The notes: generated by a model from the letters alone, not told the origin. 64,000 nt of DNA from an uncultured Verrucomicrobiota bacterium (GCA_964625855.1 CAZVFC010000013.1:130671-194670), one strand, 5' to 3'; positions 38,915-48,837 are shown, counted from the stretch's first letter. Made by a program: numbers and translations.

Positions 38915-40707
38915 CGACCCCCCAACTTCGCTCCAGCCAGGTCATCACCACCTTCGGCCCCGGCGCAATGGTGGACCTGCCCGAAGCGTCAGTCCTCGTG
39001 GCTGGCCTCGACCACTGGCAGTACGATAATACCCAGCCCATCCCGATCATCCAGGAGCAGCGCCTCGTCGAAAAACTCAAGCCCATCGTCGGCATCCCCA
39101 ACCTGACGCTCCGCGCGCCGCCCCCCGCCGTAGATCGGGACTACGGCTTCTGCCCCAACATAACCGCTTGGCGCTTTCCGAAGTGGTTCATTGTTCAGGA
39201 AACCCAAGTCACAAGTCAGGGCTTCCGCCGCCGTCGCCTCGTCCATCTGAACAGCCTCGACGGCGGCAAATACCGCGACCCCTCCGGCAAAAAACAATCC
39301 GTCGTCCCCGTGCGCTTCGTCCGCGCCTGCAAGAAGGGCCACATTGGCGACATTGATTGGCGGCCTTTCGCCCACGGCACCGCCCCGGCCTGCCCGCGCG
39401 ACCTGTGGATGGAAGAACGCGGCACCACCGGCGACCTCGACGAGATTTGGGTTGTCTGCGAGTGTGGCAAAGATCGGCCGATGGCCCAGGCCGCCCGCAT
39501 GGAGCTTCGCGCGCTTGGCTCCTGCAACGGCAACCGCCCTTGGCTCGGCCCCGGAACCAAGCAGGGTTGCGGCGAACCGAACCGCCTCCTGATTCGCAGC
39601 GCCAGCAACGCCTACTTCCCGCAGCTCATGTCCGTCATTTCCATCCCCGATACCCAAACGGCCCTGGACGAAGTCGTCCAGTCCGCCTGGGACGCCGGGT
39701 TGTCTATCGTGGATTCGCCGGAAAAACTCGCGCTCGTCCGCCAAATCCCGGCCCTCGCGGTCAAACTGCAAGGCATCGAGGACGCCGCCATACTCGCCGC
39801 CATAGCCCGCGTCCGGCAGGGCGGCAGCGCCGCCGAGCGGCCAGTTAAGGAAGTCGAATTCGAAGCCCTCTCCGAGGCCAAGGACGAGTTGGGCTCCGAC
39901 GTTCCCGATGGCTACTTCTTCGCCCGCTCGCTGCCCAAAGCCCAATGGAGTGCCCCCTGGATGTCGGCCATTGAACGGGTTGTGCTCGTGCATCGCCTCC
40001 GGGAAGTTGTCGCCCAGGTCGGGTTCACCCGTTTTGAAGCCGCCGGCCCGGATATTCAAGGCGACCTCTCCCTCGACGTGGAACGCGCACCGCTCGCCCT
40101 CGACAGCTCCTGGCTGCCGGCGGTTGAAAATCGCGGCGAAGGAATCTTTCTCCAGCTCAACCCCGAGAGCGTTGCCGCGTGGCTCCAGAAGCCCGCCGTC
40201 ACCCAGCGCGGCAGCCAACTTGCCGAGGGCTTCGCCCGCTGGAATGCCGAACATGAGGGAAGCACGCGCCAGTTCCCTGGCTTGCCCTATTTCATGCTCC
40301 ATTCACTCGCCCACCTCCTCCTGACCGCCATCTCGCTCGAATGTGGCTACCCCGCTTCCTCTCTCCGCGAACGCATCTTCGCGGCTCCCGGTGCCTATGG
40401 TCTGCTTATCTACACCGGCTCGTCTGACGCCGAAGGAACGCTCGGCGGCTTGGTCGTGGCCGGACGCGACATCCGCCGCCACCTGCGCCGCGCCCTCGAG
40501 TGTGGCGAGCTTTGCTCCAACGACCCGGTCTGTGCTCATCACGCCCCGGCCCGCCACGATGGACAGCAGCTTCTAGGCAGCGCCTGCCACGGCTGCCTCC
40601 TCATCGCCGAAACCTCCTGCGAGCAGCGCAACGACTTCCTCGACCGCGCCCTTGTCGTGCCCACTGTCGAAGCCATCGGCGCCGAGTTCTTTTCCCCGAT
40701 CATCTGA
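38911..40707 (+). CDS. drmB: DISARM DUF1998 protein DrmB
   Basis: R.SQ.ITTFGPGA.VDLP, HSLAHLL, GY.ASSL.ERI, EGTLGGLV, CS.DP.C...ACHGC....ETSCE..N..LDR. ATGA overlap with drmA. Confidence 0.92.
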   Translation: MTTPQLRSSQVITTFGPGAMVDLPEASVLVAGLDHWQYDNTQPIPIIQEQRLVEKLKPIVGIPNLTLRAPPPAVDRDYGFCPNITAWRFPKWFIVQETQVTSQGFRRRRLVHLNSLDGGKYRDPSGKKQSVVPVRFVRACKKGHIGDIDWRPFAHGTAPACPRDLWMEERGTTGDLDEIWVVCECGKDRPMAQAARMELRALGSCNGNRPWLGPGTKQGCGEPNRLLIRSASNAYFPQLMSVISIPDTQTALDEVVQSAWDAGLSIVDSPEKLALVRQIPALAVKLQGIEDAAILAAIARVRQGGSAAERPVKEVEFEALSEAKDELGSDVPDGYFFARSLPKAQWSAPWMSAIERVVLVHRLREVVAQVGFTRFEAAGPDIQGDLSLDVERAPLALDSSWLPAVENRGEGIFLQLNPESVAAWLQKPAVTQRGSQLAEGFARWNAEHEGSTRQFPGLPYFMLHSLAHLLLTAISLECGYPASSLRERIFAAPGAYGLLIYTGSSDAEGTLGGLVVAGRDIRRHLRRALECGELCSNDPVCAHHAPARHDGQQLLGSACHGCLLIAETSCEQRNDFLDRALVVPTVEAIGAEFFSPII

Positions 40708-41501
40708 TGCTCAACGCGCTCCAAAACCTGCCCCCGGCCGCCCTGCGCTCGCTCGCCGCCTCGCTCCGCGAAGGCCCCCTCGCCCTCGGCCTTTCTCGCC
40801 ACGCGCTCGCCCAGGCCATCGGGCCGCAGGCCCAGGCCGTCCGTGAATCCCTCGACGGTCTCGTCCAGCAAGGCATGGCCCCAAAACACATCGCAATCCT
40901 GGCCGAGGCCATCGCCCAATGTTCCGAGCGCGCCGCCGCGCCGCAAAGCCTGTTCGAGCTTGTCCTCTCCGGCCCGGAAGTCCCCGGCGTACCGACTGCC
41001 GACACCGCCGCAACCATTCAGACCCTGATTGAAAACGCCGAAACCGAAATTGTCCTGGTCGGCTATGCAGTCCACAACGGCAAGAAGCTGTTCAAAAGAT
41101 TGGCGGAAAGGCTCGACGCTGCCCCGACACTCCGCGTCGTCTTCTGTCTCGACATCGCCCGGAAGCAAACGGACACGTCACTCGCCGGCGAGATTATCCG
41201 TCGCTTTTGTCACGACTTCGCCACCAAACACTGGCCCGGCAAGCGCCTCCCCGACCTCTACCACGACCCCCGCGCCCTATCCGAAACAGCCCAGGCACGG
41301 GCCAGCCTGCACGCCAAGTGCGTGATCGTTGACCGCCGCATCGCCGTAATCACTTCCGCCAACTTCACCGAAGCCGCTCACACCAAGAACATCGAAGCCG
41401 GCGTCCTCATCCGCTACGAACCGTTCGTGACTCGCCTAAGCGCCTACTTCGAAGCTTTGCGTAATTCCGGCCAGTTGACCCCGTGCAGCCTGGAAGTTTA
41501 A
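40707..41501 (+). CDS. drmC: DISARM phospholipase-D-family nuclease DrmC
   Basis: LV.SGP, LHAKC.IVD (HKD), TSANFT, N.EAG. Start overlaps the drmB stop. Confidence 0.92.
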   Translation: MLNALQNLPPAALRSLAASLREGPLALGLSRHALAQAIGPQAQAVRESLDGLVQQGMAPKHIAILAEAIAQCSERAAAPQSLFELVLSGPEVPGVPTADTAATIQTLIENAETEIVLVGYAVHNGKKLFKRLAERLDAAPTLRVVFCLDIARKQTDTSLAGEIIRRFCHDFATKHWPGKRLPDLYHDPRALSETAQARASLHAKCVIVDRRIAVITSANFTEAAHTKNIEAGVLIRYEPFVTRLSAYFEALRNSGQLTPCSLEV

Positions 41502-41713
41502 GCCCTCACCAGCCGCGCCGCTCCGCCGCCACTGCTGATCGGCGCCCCGAGCAGGTGTCGAGGTTATTCACACTTTCCAGCGACGGACGGAGGGCCGAAG
41601 CGAAAAGCTGAAATTGGGAAGTTAGGGGCTGAAAGGGGCCGGGATGCTGAAGGCTGAATCCTGAACGCGGGGACGGTGACTGAGCCTAGGAGAAAATTCT
41701 CGTACAAAGTTTT

Positions 41714-41742
41714 GAGGGTTGGACAGTCTTTGTCCAACCCTC
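41714..41742 (+). promoter_or_regulatory. Perfect 12-bp inverted repeat, candidate operator or hairpin
   Basis: GAGGGTTGGACA-GTCTT-TGTCCAACCCTC, ending 20 nt before ATG 41763. Confidence 0.5.
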
Positions 41743-41762
41743 TCGCGTAGGATTACGGCACG

Positions 41763-42431
41763 ATGAGAACTGGAATAACCGATTGGAGTCGTCCGGATGG
41801 CCGCGATTACGCCTTGCGCCGGGGCCTGGGCACATGGGAAGTCACCTACGAAGGCCGGCGTGACAGCTTTAGAGACGAGCAGGGCGCTGAGTATGTCGTC
41901 TGGCTGCTGCTGCATCCGCCCTCGAAGCCCGTTCACGCAGTGACCCTGGCGTTGGAAGCCCGGCCCGTGCCCGACGGCACGCCGTGGGCCGAAGGCATTC
42001 AGCAACGCAGCCTGGGGCTGGATGACGCCGAAACGATCCGGCGGTTGCGCCGCGAGGCGCGCCGGCTTGAGGCTGTGCTGGAGGACGAGTTGGAGAGCGA
42101 GCCGGTGAAGGCCGAGGCGCGGCAGCAGCGTGAGGACATCCTGGAGTTCCTGCGCAAGAATCCGTGGCGCAGCCGGGATTGCGCGCAGAAGTGCGTCCGG
42201 GCCGTCACCATGGCCATCAAGCGCCTGTGCGGCAATCTCGCCCGGGCGGTGGATGCCGAAGGGAAGCCGCATCCGATCTTGCAGGCCTTCGCCCGGCATT
42301 TGTTGGAGCACCTGGTAATTCCCTCGGGCCGGGGTGGTGGCCATGGCGGGGCGCGGGCCGTCAGCGCCGCTAACGGCTGCTTCACCTACGAACCGCCGCC
42401 CGGAGTCGTGTGGAGGAAGGGTGGAGTCTAA
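41763..42431 (+). CDS. Hypothetical protein resembling the C-terminal module of large ATPase/TPR regulators
   Basis: W.V.Y.G....F.D..G..Y...LL.HP, coiled coil, R.AV..AI.R, HL, G..C.Y.P...V.W pattern. Family match from memory, not searched. Confidence 0.55.
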   Translation: MRTGITDWSRPDGRDYALRRGLGTWEVTYEGRRDSFRDEQGAEYVVWLLLHPPSKPVHAVTLALEARPVPDGTPWAEGIQQRSLGLDDAETIRRLRREARRLEAVLEDELESEPVKAEARQQREDILEFLRKNPWRSRDCAQKCVRAVTMAIKRLCGNLARAVDAEGKPHPILQAFARHLLEHLVIPSGRGGGHGGARAVSAANGCFTYEPPPGVVWRKGGV

Positions 42432-42583
42432 AGTCCAGGGGTCGCAGTCCGCAGTCCACAGTCCGCAGTCCACAGTCCGCAGTCCACAGTCCGCAGTCCA
42501 CGGTCCACGGTCCTCAGTCCGCGGTCCTCAGTCCTCAGTCTTTCGTCCTCGCTCTTCCGACCTCAGTTTTCCGCCCTCCGTGC
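42423..42583 (+). repeat. Long heptamer array (NCAGTCC-type, ~23 units, decaying 3')
   Basis: GCAGTCC/ACAGTCC units 42444-42499, then ACGGTCC, TCAGTCC and degenerate units. Confidence 0.9.
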
Positions 42584-42757
42584 TCAGGCTCCGGGGGTGT
42601 GGTTTCAAGTAACAGATGCTGTGGACCTATACAGGGTGAAATGAAGATGGAATGCACAATGGCACGCCAAAGGGACCCAGCCCGAGAACGGGCTGGAAGT
42701 TGCGGCTGCAAGTTGCGGCTTGAAAGCGGGCACGTGAACCCTGAAACTGGCCCCAGG

Positions 42758-43558
42758 ATGAACCGCATTGCAGAGAGATTTGCCAGTCTCAGGCGCGAGG
42801 GGAAGAAGGGTTTTGTCGTCTACATCGGCGCGGGCGATCCGGACCTGGAGGCCACGCGCAACCTGGCGCTGGCGTTCGATGAGATCGGCGTGGATGTGCT
42901 GGAGCTGGGTGTGCCGTTCAGCGACCCGCTGGCGGATGGGCTGGTCAACCAACTGGCGGCCCAGCGCGGGCTGGAATCGGGCACTACGCCGCACAGGGTT
43001 CTGGAAACCGTGGCGGCCATTCGCAAGGAGTCGCAGATCCCGATTGTGCTCTACATCTACTTCAACCTGATCCATCGGCATGGCCTGGAGCGTTTCATCC
43101 GGGACGCGGCCCAGGCGGGGGTGGACGGCTTGCTGGTGCTGGATCTGCCGCCCGAGGAAGGCGAGACCTACGAAACGCTCATGCGCCAGGCGGGCCTGTG
43201 CAACATTTACCTGGTGGCCCCGACCACGCCGGAAGACCGCATCGAGCTGATTGTCAAACGCGGCGCCGGGTTCATCTATTACGTGTCGCGCGAAGGGGTC
43301 ACCGGCATGCAGACCAGGGTCGCGGACACGATTGCGCAAATGACCGCCAGGATCCGCGCGCACACGGACTTGCCGATCGCAGTCGGCTTCGGCATCTCGA
43401 CCCCGGAACAGGCGCGGATGGTCGCCGCGAGCGCGGAGGCGGTGGTGGTGGGCAGCGCGATCGTGAACCAGATCGCGCAGTACGGCAGGTCCCAGGACTT
43501 GATCCCGCGCGTCAGTGACTTCGTGAACTCGCTTGTGCAAGCGGTGAAGCAACCGTGA
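42758..43558 (+). CDS. trpA: Tryptophan synthase alpha chain
   Basis: ELGVPFSDPLADG, Y.N, DG....DLPPEE, LVAPTT, GF.Y.VS..GVTG, VGFGIS, VVGSAIV. Start at MNRIAERF. Confidence 0.96.
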   Translation: MNRIAERFASLRREGKKGFVVYIGAGDPDLEATRNLALAFDEIGVDVLELGVPFSDPLADGLVNQLAAQRGLESGTTPHRVLETVAAIRKESQIPIVLYIYFNLIHRHGLERFIRDAAQAGVDGLLVLDLPPEEGETYETLMRQAGLCNIYLVAPTTPEDRIELIVKRGAGFIYYVSREGVTGMQTRVADTIAQMTARIRAHTDLPIAVGFGISTPEQARMVAASAEAVVVGSAIVNQIAQYGRSQDLIPRVSDFVNSLVQAVKQP

Positions 43559-43575
43559 AAGAAGACGGATTAACA

Positions 43576-43641
43576 GCGAAGACGCGAAGGCGCGAAGCAA
43601 AAGGAGAAGGAGCTCGTTTCTTCCCGTCTTCGCCTCTTCCC
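43576..43641 (+). repeat. Octamer array with inverted partner (hairpin)
   Basis: GCGAAGAC GCGAAGGC GCGAAGCA, followed by GTCTTCGC at 43626-43633. Confidence 0.65.
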
Positions 43642-43690
43642 TGTTCATCTGCGCCGAGGGCTCCGCGCCGCAAGCAACCAATGAAACACC

Positions 43691-44824
43691 ATGAAAGCTA
43701 AATCCAACGACAACGAACGCTACGTCATCATCATGGCCGGCGGCCGGGGGGAACGGTTCTGGCCGGTGAGCCGGGAAAAGACGCCCAAGCAGCTCATCAC
43801 GCTGTTGGGGGACCGGTCGTTCTTGCAGCAGGCCGTTGACCGGGTGCTGGCGCTGGTGCCGCTGAAGAACATCCTGGTCATCACCAACGAGGCCCAGGCG
43901 CCCACGGTCCGCAAACAACTGCCCAAGCTGCCGAAAGAGAACGTCATCGCCGAACCGGTCGGGCGCGACACGTGCGCGGCGGTCACGCTCGGGGCCGCGC
44001 TGGTGGGGGCGCGCTCGACCACGGGCGTGATGGCGGTGCTGCCGGCCGACCATGTCATTCCGGAGGAGAAGAAGTTCCAGCAGGTGCTGTCGGATGCGTT
44101 TGACCTGGCGGGCCGCGGGCAGGCCATCGTCACGATCGGCATCAAGCCCACCGAACCGGCCACCGGCTACGGCTATATCCGCGTGGGCGAGGCGCTGCCG
44201 CCGCCGCAGGGAGTCAAGAGTTACAAGACGGCGTTTCACCGCGCCGAGCAGTTCGTGGAGAAGCCTTACTTCGACAAGGCCCTCGAATACCTGAACAGCG
44301 GCCAATACCGCTGGAACGCGGGCATGTTCATCTGGTCATTCGTGACCATCACCGAGGGCTTGCAGAAACATCAGCCGGAGATGTACGCGGCCTGCCAGCG
44401 CTGGTTCAAGGTCGCGGCCAACCCGGCCAAGCTGAACAAGGTCCTGGCCATGGAATATCCCGAGATCAAGAGGATCTCGATTGACTATGCCTTAATGGAG
44501 CACGCCGCCAATGTGATCGTGGCGGACGGCCTCTTCGCGTGGGACGACCTCGGTTCGTGGACGGCCCTGGGGCGCCACCTTAAGGCCGACCCGGAGGGCA
44601 ACTGCGCGGTGGCGGACTTCATCCACGTGGATGGGGCGCGCAATATCATCTTTGACGCCCGGAGCAAAGACCGGCGCACACCCATTGCGGTGGTCGGCCT
44701 GCGCGACTCCATCCTGGTGCAGACGGATGATGCCACCCTGCTGGCGCACAAGAGCCAGTCGCAGAAGGTCAAGGAGCTGGTCAAGCGGCTGGCCGCAGAT
44801 CCGAAGCTCAAGAAGCTGGTGTAA
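43691..44824 (+). CDS. manC: Mannose-1-phosphate guanylyltransferase
   Basis: IMAGG.GERFWP.SR...PKQ, EPVGRDT, PADH, TGYGYI, F.EKP, WNAGMF, SIDYA.ME, WDDLGSW. Confidence 0.93.
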   Translation: MKAKSNDNERYVIIMAGGRGERFWPVSREKTPKQLITLLGDRSFLQQAVDRVLALVPLKNILVITNEAQAPTVRKQLPKLPKENVIAEPVGRDTCAAVTLGAALVGARSTTGVMAVLPADHVIPEEKKFQQVLSDAFDLAGRGQAIVTIGIKPTEPATGYGYIRVGEALPPPQGVKSYKTAFHRAEQFVEKPYFDKALEYLNSGQYRWNAGMFIWSFVTITEGLQKHQPEMYAACQRWFKVAANPAKLNKVLAMEYPEIKRISIDYALMEHAANVIVADGLFAWDDLGSWTALGRHLKADPEGNCAVADFIHVDGARNIIFDARSKDRRTPIAVVGLRDSILVQTDDATLLAHKSQSQKVKELVKRLAADPKLKKLV

Positions 44825-44940
44825 GCCCGCACCGGGCCGGGGAGTCCGGAAGAGGCGGGCGAACCGGCGAGGCCCCAAAAACATGTATTACCAAAAAACA
44901 AGCGGACAGGGGTTGTCACAGGCGCGACCGCGAGCGACTC

Positions 44941-44970
44941 TTGCCTGAAAGCATTAACGGCTCTTAGACT
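44941..44970 (+). promoter_or_regulatory. Possible sigma70 promoter (would give a near-leaderless mRNA)
   Basis: TTGCCT-18 nt-TAGACT, ending 6 nt before ATG 44977. Confidence 0.3.
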
Positions 44971-44976
44971 CGCATT

Positions 44977-45732
44977 ATGAACCGGATTGCCCGTCGCTGG
45001 CTGATTGCCAGTGGAAAACCGCCCGCGGCATTTACGTTGATTGAGTTGCTGGTGGTGATCGCGATCATTGCCATCCTGGCCGCCCTGCTATTGCCGGCCC
45101 TGGCCAAGGCCAAGGAGAAGGCAAAGCGCATGAATTGCCTCAGCAACCTGAAGCAGACCGGGCTGGCCTCGATGCTATACTGCAACGATTTCAAGGACGA
45201 GTTCCCGCCGCGCATTGTAACGGGCACTGATGGCACCACCTATTCGACCCAGTATGCCTGGCTGGGGCGGGCGGGGAACCAGACGCCCTACAATTACATA
45301 GATGCGTCCGCGCGGTATCTCAACAGCTACATCGGCAAGTACGCGACGACCAACGAAGTGGAAGTGGCACGCTGCCCCAGCGAAATAGACAAGATCAAAG
45401 GCAGCTATTATTACTTTGGCAGCTCTTATCCCAATAATGCCCATGACCAGTCCTCTTTCAACACGCTGGGCATGGGCAACGGCCGCTGCTGCAAGCTGAC
45501 GGATATCCGGAGCCCGACGAGAATGGTGACGATTGCCGAGGAAGGGTGCTACTTCCCGTCCTGGAATCCGATCAGTCCGCTGCCCAAGGAGAACTTCCGC
45601 CACACCAAGTTTGGCGACACCCGCTGGAACCTCACCTTTGCCGACGGCCACGCCGCGTTCACGCCCATCATTTACGTGCCGGGCGTGCGCACTATGAGTG
45701 GGAGAGACTACACTTTCGATCGTACCAAGTAA
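44977..45732 (+). CDS. Prepilin-type N-terminal cleavage/methylation protein with H-X9-DG motif
   Basis: [35 protein letters not shown]...NLTFADGH. Confidence 0.92.
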   Translation: MNRIARRWLIASGKPPAAFTLIELLVVIAIIAILAALLLPALAKAKEKAKRMNCLSNLKQTGLASMLYCNDFKDEFPPRIVTGTDGTTYSTQYAWLGRAGNQTPYNYIDASARYLNSYIGKYATTNEVEVARCPSEIDKIKGSYYYFGSSYPNNAHDQSSFNTLGMGNGRCCKLTDIRSPTRMVTIAEEGCYFPSWNPISPLPKENFRHTKFGDTRWNLTFADGHAAFTPIIYVPGVRTMSGRDYTFDRTK

Positions 45733-45783
45733 CCGCCTCAAACCGTTCCCAATCCAGACAAGACCATCAACCTCTGAGAAAAC

Positions 45784-48700
45784 ATGAACCATCAGCACAT
45801 CCCGAATCGCGGAGCGCTTCGCGCGCATTTCCTCGTCATCGCAACCGTCGCCTTTACGGCCTGCCTCTTCGGCCACGCTGCTTTCGGCTCGATCACATTA
45901 TACAGCGACAACTTCCAGTCCTACCCAGTGGCGTTCATCGCGTCGAACCCGCTGACCAACGGGCCGGCCGGCGGGCAGTGGTATTTTGTGGACCCCATTC
46001 CGCCGGCGGTCACGACAAATGAGCATCGCATCTTTGACGCAACCACCGGCGGTTCGGGCCTCAACTCCCGGTGCTGGATCAGCCTGACCAACAACGCGCA
46101 GTTGACCAACGGCATCAGCATCAGCGCCCTTCCCGCCGGCACAAACCTTTACACCTTCCGACTGTCCTTTGTGGCGGCCACCGACACCGGGACAGCCACG
46201 CGGAACACGACTTTCAAATACGCCATCTCCAGCTCGGCGGGAACGCTCACTCTGCTTTCCGGTCGCAACCTGGACAACAGCCAGACCTTTACAGACCTCA
46301 GCGGGTACGGCCTGGCCTCGGCCGGCACGATCGGCAAAACCCCTGATCGGCGATTTGAGTTTGTCTTCCAGGGAGCGAATTTGACCACGGGCGACAAGAT
46401 CATCTTCGATTTTACACGGATCACCAACAACGCCGGCGCCCTGGCCTTCATCGCGCTGGATGACGTCCGGCTGACGGTTGACGCCGACAACGGGCTGCTG
46501 GTCCAATCCGTCCGTCCGCTGCTTACGCTGCAACACGTCCGCGTTGCCTTCAGCGAGCCGGTGGACCCGGTGACCGCCACCAATACCGCTAACTACGCTT
46601 TCTCCGTAGGCGCTCTGTCCGTCTCAAACGCCTTGCTGGTGGAGCCGGGAGTGGTCGAGCTGTTGACCTCTGACCAAACGCCGGGCTCGAATTATACTTT
46701 GCAGGTCAGCGGCGTGCTTAGCCAATTGGGCGCCAGCATGACCGCCACACAACTCGACTTCACGACCCCGGCGCTGGTGGTGTCTTCCGTGCGTTACGAC
46801 GCCGGCACGACGATCTCCCAACCTTCAGGCCCGCCTGATCCGATATCGGCTGAGGGCGGTTACTGGGTCATGACTACCAACACCAACAACGGCATGCTGG
46901 TCGGCGCCGTGACGGATGATCTCTCGACCGGCCTCAATGCCTGGAAGGTGAGCGATCAGAACATCTTATCGAGCGGCGGGATCATGGACTACCGCATCCC
47001 GATAGATCAACCTTCCGACAACCTCGCTCGGGCGAACGGCTGGCGTTTGCTGCTTCGCTCTCGCTTGGTGGACAATTATCTGAGCACGGCGAACGACCAG
47101 GTAGTCATCTACGGCGACACCGGCACCGGCACACGCTACGGCCTGTTCTTCGCGCTGAACGCCAGCGGCAGCTTAACCGCACAGGTGCTGGGCGGGGCAA
47201 CCTACACGTTGGCCGACAGCAGCACGGCCCTGGGTTACCACACCCACATGATGATCTATGAGCCGGCGGTAGCCAGGGCCTCTTACTATTTTGACGGCCA
47301 GCTCATTGTCACCAACATTCCCGCGAACGCGTCCAGCGCTTACAATGGCCTTGCCTTCGGGGGCGCTTCATCAACCGCCGCGGGGGAAATGAACTACAAC
47401 CTCGTTCAGCTCGACGTCATCGGCGGCACTCCGCCGGTGGTCACGCAGAACCCGCAGAGCACGACCAACGGCGTAGGCCAGAAGGTGACGTTTACCGCTG
47501 GATTCACGCCGTTTGTGAATGCCTACCAGTGGCTATCCAACGGCGTGATCATCCCCGGCGCCACGGGCGCCAACTACACGACCGACTTCATCACGTTGGG
47601 CTACGACGGCTCGCAATACCGTTGCCGTGCGCTGCATCCCTTGGGCAATGTTGAGACGGCCCCGGCCACCCTGACGGTGACGACGGACACCGCACCGCCG
47701 ACCATTGCCAGCGTGAAGGGCTCGCTGCTGCTAGACCGAGTGCTGATCACTTTCTCGGAGCCGGTGCTGGAGACTTACGCGACCAATATCGCGAACTACG
47801 TCTGGTCGCTGCCCGGGGTAATGAATCTCTCGGCGCAGTTGGTGGACCCCCTCACGGTCGAACTCCGCACCACCTCCCTCGAGGCTGGGAGTAACTACAC
47901 GGTCCTGGTCAGCAACGTGAGGGACACATCGAACCTCATTATTCCGGCCAATTCGCCTGCCCAATTCATCGCGCCGCGGCTCCAGGTCCTGGCCCGTTAC
48001 TACGCCGGCAACACCACCGACACCCCGGCCGGACCGCCGGACCCGACTTCCTCCGAGGGCGGTGGTTGGGCGCTGCGATTGGATGCGGACGCCGGCCTGT
48101 CCACGAACGCGGTGATGGATGATCTGGGCACAGGCTGGCACGCGTGGCAGGTGCGCGATGCATCCGCGGCTACGCAGATGTTTATCCAATACACGCTGGG
48201 CCTGGCCACCAATGTTCATCAAAACGCGAAGCAGTTCGGTTGGGTGCTGACGGTGCGCAGCCGTTTCGCCGAGGATTTCGGCACCAGCATCGCCTTGTTC
48301 GCCCAATATGCGGACTACAACTACTACCGTTATGTGCTGAGCTTCGATCAGGACAATTTCGGCGAGCTGGAGGTTGGCTTGTGGGTGCCGAGCCCCGGCT
48401 ACATTCCCTACACCGTTACGACCGGGGGCACCGGCAGCACTGCCTATTACCTGCACCAAGTTGTTTACGACCCAGCCACGGCCACCGCATCGTATTTCAT
48501 GGATGGCCGGCCGGTTGCCCGCAATTGGGGTGGCGGGTATAGCTCAGGCTCAAATCCGGGCCTGTTCTGGGGCGCGGCCTCCAGCGGCAACATGGGCGCG
48601 ATGAACTACAATCTCGTGGAGTTCCAAGCCGTGGAGCCGCCGTTCGTCACCATCCTGAATGACGGCACGAACATCACGGTGGAGTACCGCGGAATCCTGG

Positions 48701-48837
48701 AGACGGCGAGCCAGTTTGCCAACCCGACGGCTTGGACCCCGCTCGCCACGAACGCCACCAGCGCTGCCAGCACGTATTCTATACCGCTGAGCAGCAGCCA
48801 GCCGCAGCAGTTCTTCCGTGCGCGGCTGGTGCAGTAA
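45784..48837 (+). CDS. Secreted multidomain protein with Ig-like domains and two lectin-like repeats
   Basis: Signal peptide, two V.FSEPV...A.N.ANY Ig-like units, two ~190-aa repeats (PPDP.S.EGG.W ... G.MNYNLV), FFR C-terminus. Confidence 0.7.
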   Translation: MNHQHIPNRGALRAHFLVIATVAFTACLFGHAAFGSITLYSDNFQSYPVAFIASNPLTNGPAGGQWYFVDPIPPAVTTNEHRIFDATTGGSGLNSRCWISLTNNAQLTNGISISALPAGTNLYTFRLSFVAATDTGTATRNTTFKYAISSSAGTLTLLSGRNLDNSQTFTDLSGYGLASAGTIGKTPDRRFEFVFQGANLTTGDKIIFDFTRITNNAGALAFIALDDVRLTVDADNGLLVQSVRPLLTLQHVRVAFSEPVDPVTATNTANYAFSVGALSVSNALLVEPGVVELLTSDQTPGSNYTLQVSGVLSQLGASMTATQLDFTTPALVVSSVRYDAGTTISQPSGPPDPISAEGGYWVMTTNTNNGMLVGAVTDDLSTGLNAWKVSDQNILSSGGIMDYRIPIDQPSDNLARANGWRLLLRSRLVDNYLSTANDQVVIYGDTGTGTRYGLFFALNASGSLTAQVLGGATYTLADSSTALGYHTHMMIYEPAVARASYYFDGQLIVTNIPANASSAYNGLAFGGASSTAAGEMNYNLVQLDVIGGTPPVVTQNPQSTTNGVGQKVTFTAGFTPFVNAYQWLSNGVIIPGATGANYTTDFITLGYDGSQYRCRALHPLGNVETAPATLTVTTDTAPPTIASVKGSLLLDRVLITFSEPVLETYATNIANYVWSLPGVMNLSAQLVDPLTVELRTTSLEAGSNYTVLVSNVRDTSNLIIPANSPAQFIAPRLQVLARYYAGNTTDTPAGPPDPTSSEGGGWALRLDADAGLSTNAVMDDLGTGWHAWQVRDASAATQMFIQYTLGLATNVHQNAKQFGWVLTVRSRFAEDFGTSIALFAQYADYNYYRYVLSFDQDNFGELEVGLWVPSPGYIPYTVTTGGTGSTAYYLHQVVYDPATATASYFMDGRPVARNWGGGYSSGSNPGLFWGAASSGNMGAMNYNLVEFQAVEPPFVTILNDGTNITVEYRGILETASQFANPTAWTPLATNATSAASTYSIPLSSSQPQQFFRARLVQ

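Larger units (their letters stand above)
22900..42700. mobile_element. Defence island between coaX and trpA (DISARM plus cargo)
   Basis: Defence-type gene content, several truncated genes, visibly less GC-biased cargo genes, and a copy of trpA-region sequence at the left edge. No integrase seen; limits approximate. Confidence 0.6.

Noticed and set aside
42423-42583. Possible CRISPR array
   Set aside because: Contiguous 7-nt units with no unique spacers, and no cas genes in the window.
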